Origin: an uncultured delta proteobacterium
GTDB lineage: Bacteria > Myxococcota_A > Polyangia > Fen-1088
NCBI GenBank assembly: GCA_963796685.1
Contig: CAWCMR010000006.1
Location: 1 to 64,000 of the forward strand
DNA: 64,000 bases
Direction: 5' to 3'
Below the pieces are notes generated by a model. The model was not told the origin of the DNA and ran no database searches. It was given only the letters and a program-made list of their open reading frames with translations. Position 1 is the stretch's first letter. Every line of letters begins with the position of its first letter. Shown in pieces: positions 63,210 through 64,000 of the stretch. The translations under genes and the position numbers were made by a program.

Positions 63210-63629
63210 ATGCCTGCATTTCCCAGCCGGGTCGTCCTGGGGCGCACGGGCCTTTCGGTTTGCCCGCTCGCGGTGTCGGGTGGCTACGGCGTCGACGACA
63301 AGTCCCTGTTGCGCGCGTTCGATCGTGGGGTGAACTACTGGTACCACGAGAATCGGCCCGGTACCGTGGCCTACACCGCCACGCGCTGGGGCTCGCTGCT
63401 CAAGGCCGGCAACGCGCCCCCAGGCGAGGCGCCCATGCGTGGCCGCGATGCCTACCGCTTCGTGCTCAGCAATCCCGACTTCAACCTGTGCATGACCGGG
63501 CCGAAAGATGGCGAGCAGATGGACGAGGCCTTGGCCGCGCTCGACGAAGGACCGCTCTCGTCCGCGGAGAACGAGCGAGTCCGACGCCTGGGCAACTACC
63601 TCTACGCGAAGGCGCTGCGCAAGGGCTGA
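63210..63629 (+). pseudogene. Aldo/keto reductase remnant with an in-frame internal deletion
   Basis: N-terminal LGRTGLSV..L...AFDRGVNY fused directly to C-terminal YRFVLSNP...GP...QMDE.L; only 139 aa. Confidence 0.65.
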
Positions 63630-63651
63630 ACGGGGGGCGGACGACGACAAG

Positions 63652-63711
63652 TACAATCGGCCACGGCCACGACCACGGCCACGGCCGGCCTTCTGCGGCT
63701 ATCGCGGGATT
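63652..63711. repeat. Dispersed (CCACGR)n repeat, copy 2
   Basis: Near-identical to 25643-25698. Confidence 0.7.
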
Positions 63712-63734
63712 GGGGGTGGCGGTGGCCGATGGTC

Positions 63735-64000
63735 CTAGGCTCGCTCGAGATACGTGTACCCGGACAGGCCCTCTTCGTACATCCGCAACAGCGAGCGCGT
63801 TTCTTCCAGGCTCATGCCGTTTCCGCGAACGGCCTGCTCGGCGAAGCGGCGCACGCGCGCGACGAGATCCTCGCGGGCGTAGCTGACGTACTTGAGCACG
63901 TCGGTCACGGTGTCGCCGGTGACCACGTGCTCGATCTGATAGCCTCCGCCCGGCGCCAGCGACACGTGCACGGTGTTGGTGTTGCCGAAAAGGTTGTGCA
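63735..64000 (-). CDS. speA: Biosynthetic arginine decarboxylase, C-terminal part
   Basis: HNLFGNTNTVHV, GDTVTDVL.YV.Y, GLSGYTYL. Confidence 0.9.
   Translation of the reverse strand, partial: HNLFGNTNTVHVSLAPGGGYQIEHVVTGDTVTDVLKYVSYAREDLVARVRRFAEQAVRGNGMSLEETRSLLRMYEEGLSGYTYLERA

Overview
GC-rich bacterial window. The Cys/Asp-rich lipoproteins and gene content suggest Myxococcota/Polyangia (inference only). The core backbone is tig-clpP-clpX-lon, two tRNA-Ser genes, proS-pyrF-rlmB, asd, a sensor-kinase operon, GH5 and GH3 hydrolases, tolQRAB-ppx-DHH, a rhomboid and the 3' end of speA. There are three accessory structures. (1) At 1-2.6 kb, an integron with its cassettes downstream of and co-oriented with intI: one complete cassette, a clear attC, and a second cassette broken by an ISL3. 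(2) At 15.7-16.6 kb, a non-coding array of 11 x 80-bp double-hairpin units between the two tRNA-Ser genes. (3) At 38.0-52.4 kb, a ~14.3 kb element integrated in tRNA-Leu(CAA) with 68-bp att repeats, which looks like a capsid-less phage satellite. It carries an integrase, a primase-helicase followed by an iteron-like origin, a TerS-like gene, a run of small 'SLKARL' proteins, a lone baseplate-J-like gene interrupted by ISL3, and a predicted three-way-junction RNA whose loops are complementary to the first gene's RBS and to the replication-operon leader. This satellite is my best candidate for an undescribed system. Five +1 frameshifts look like assembly errors. All family calls come from motif recognition by eye; no database searches were run.
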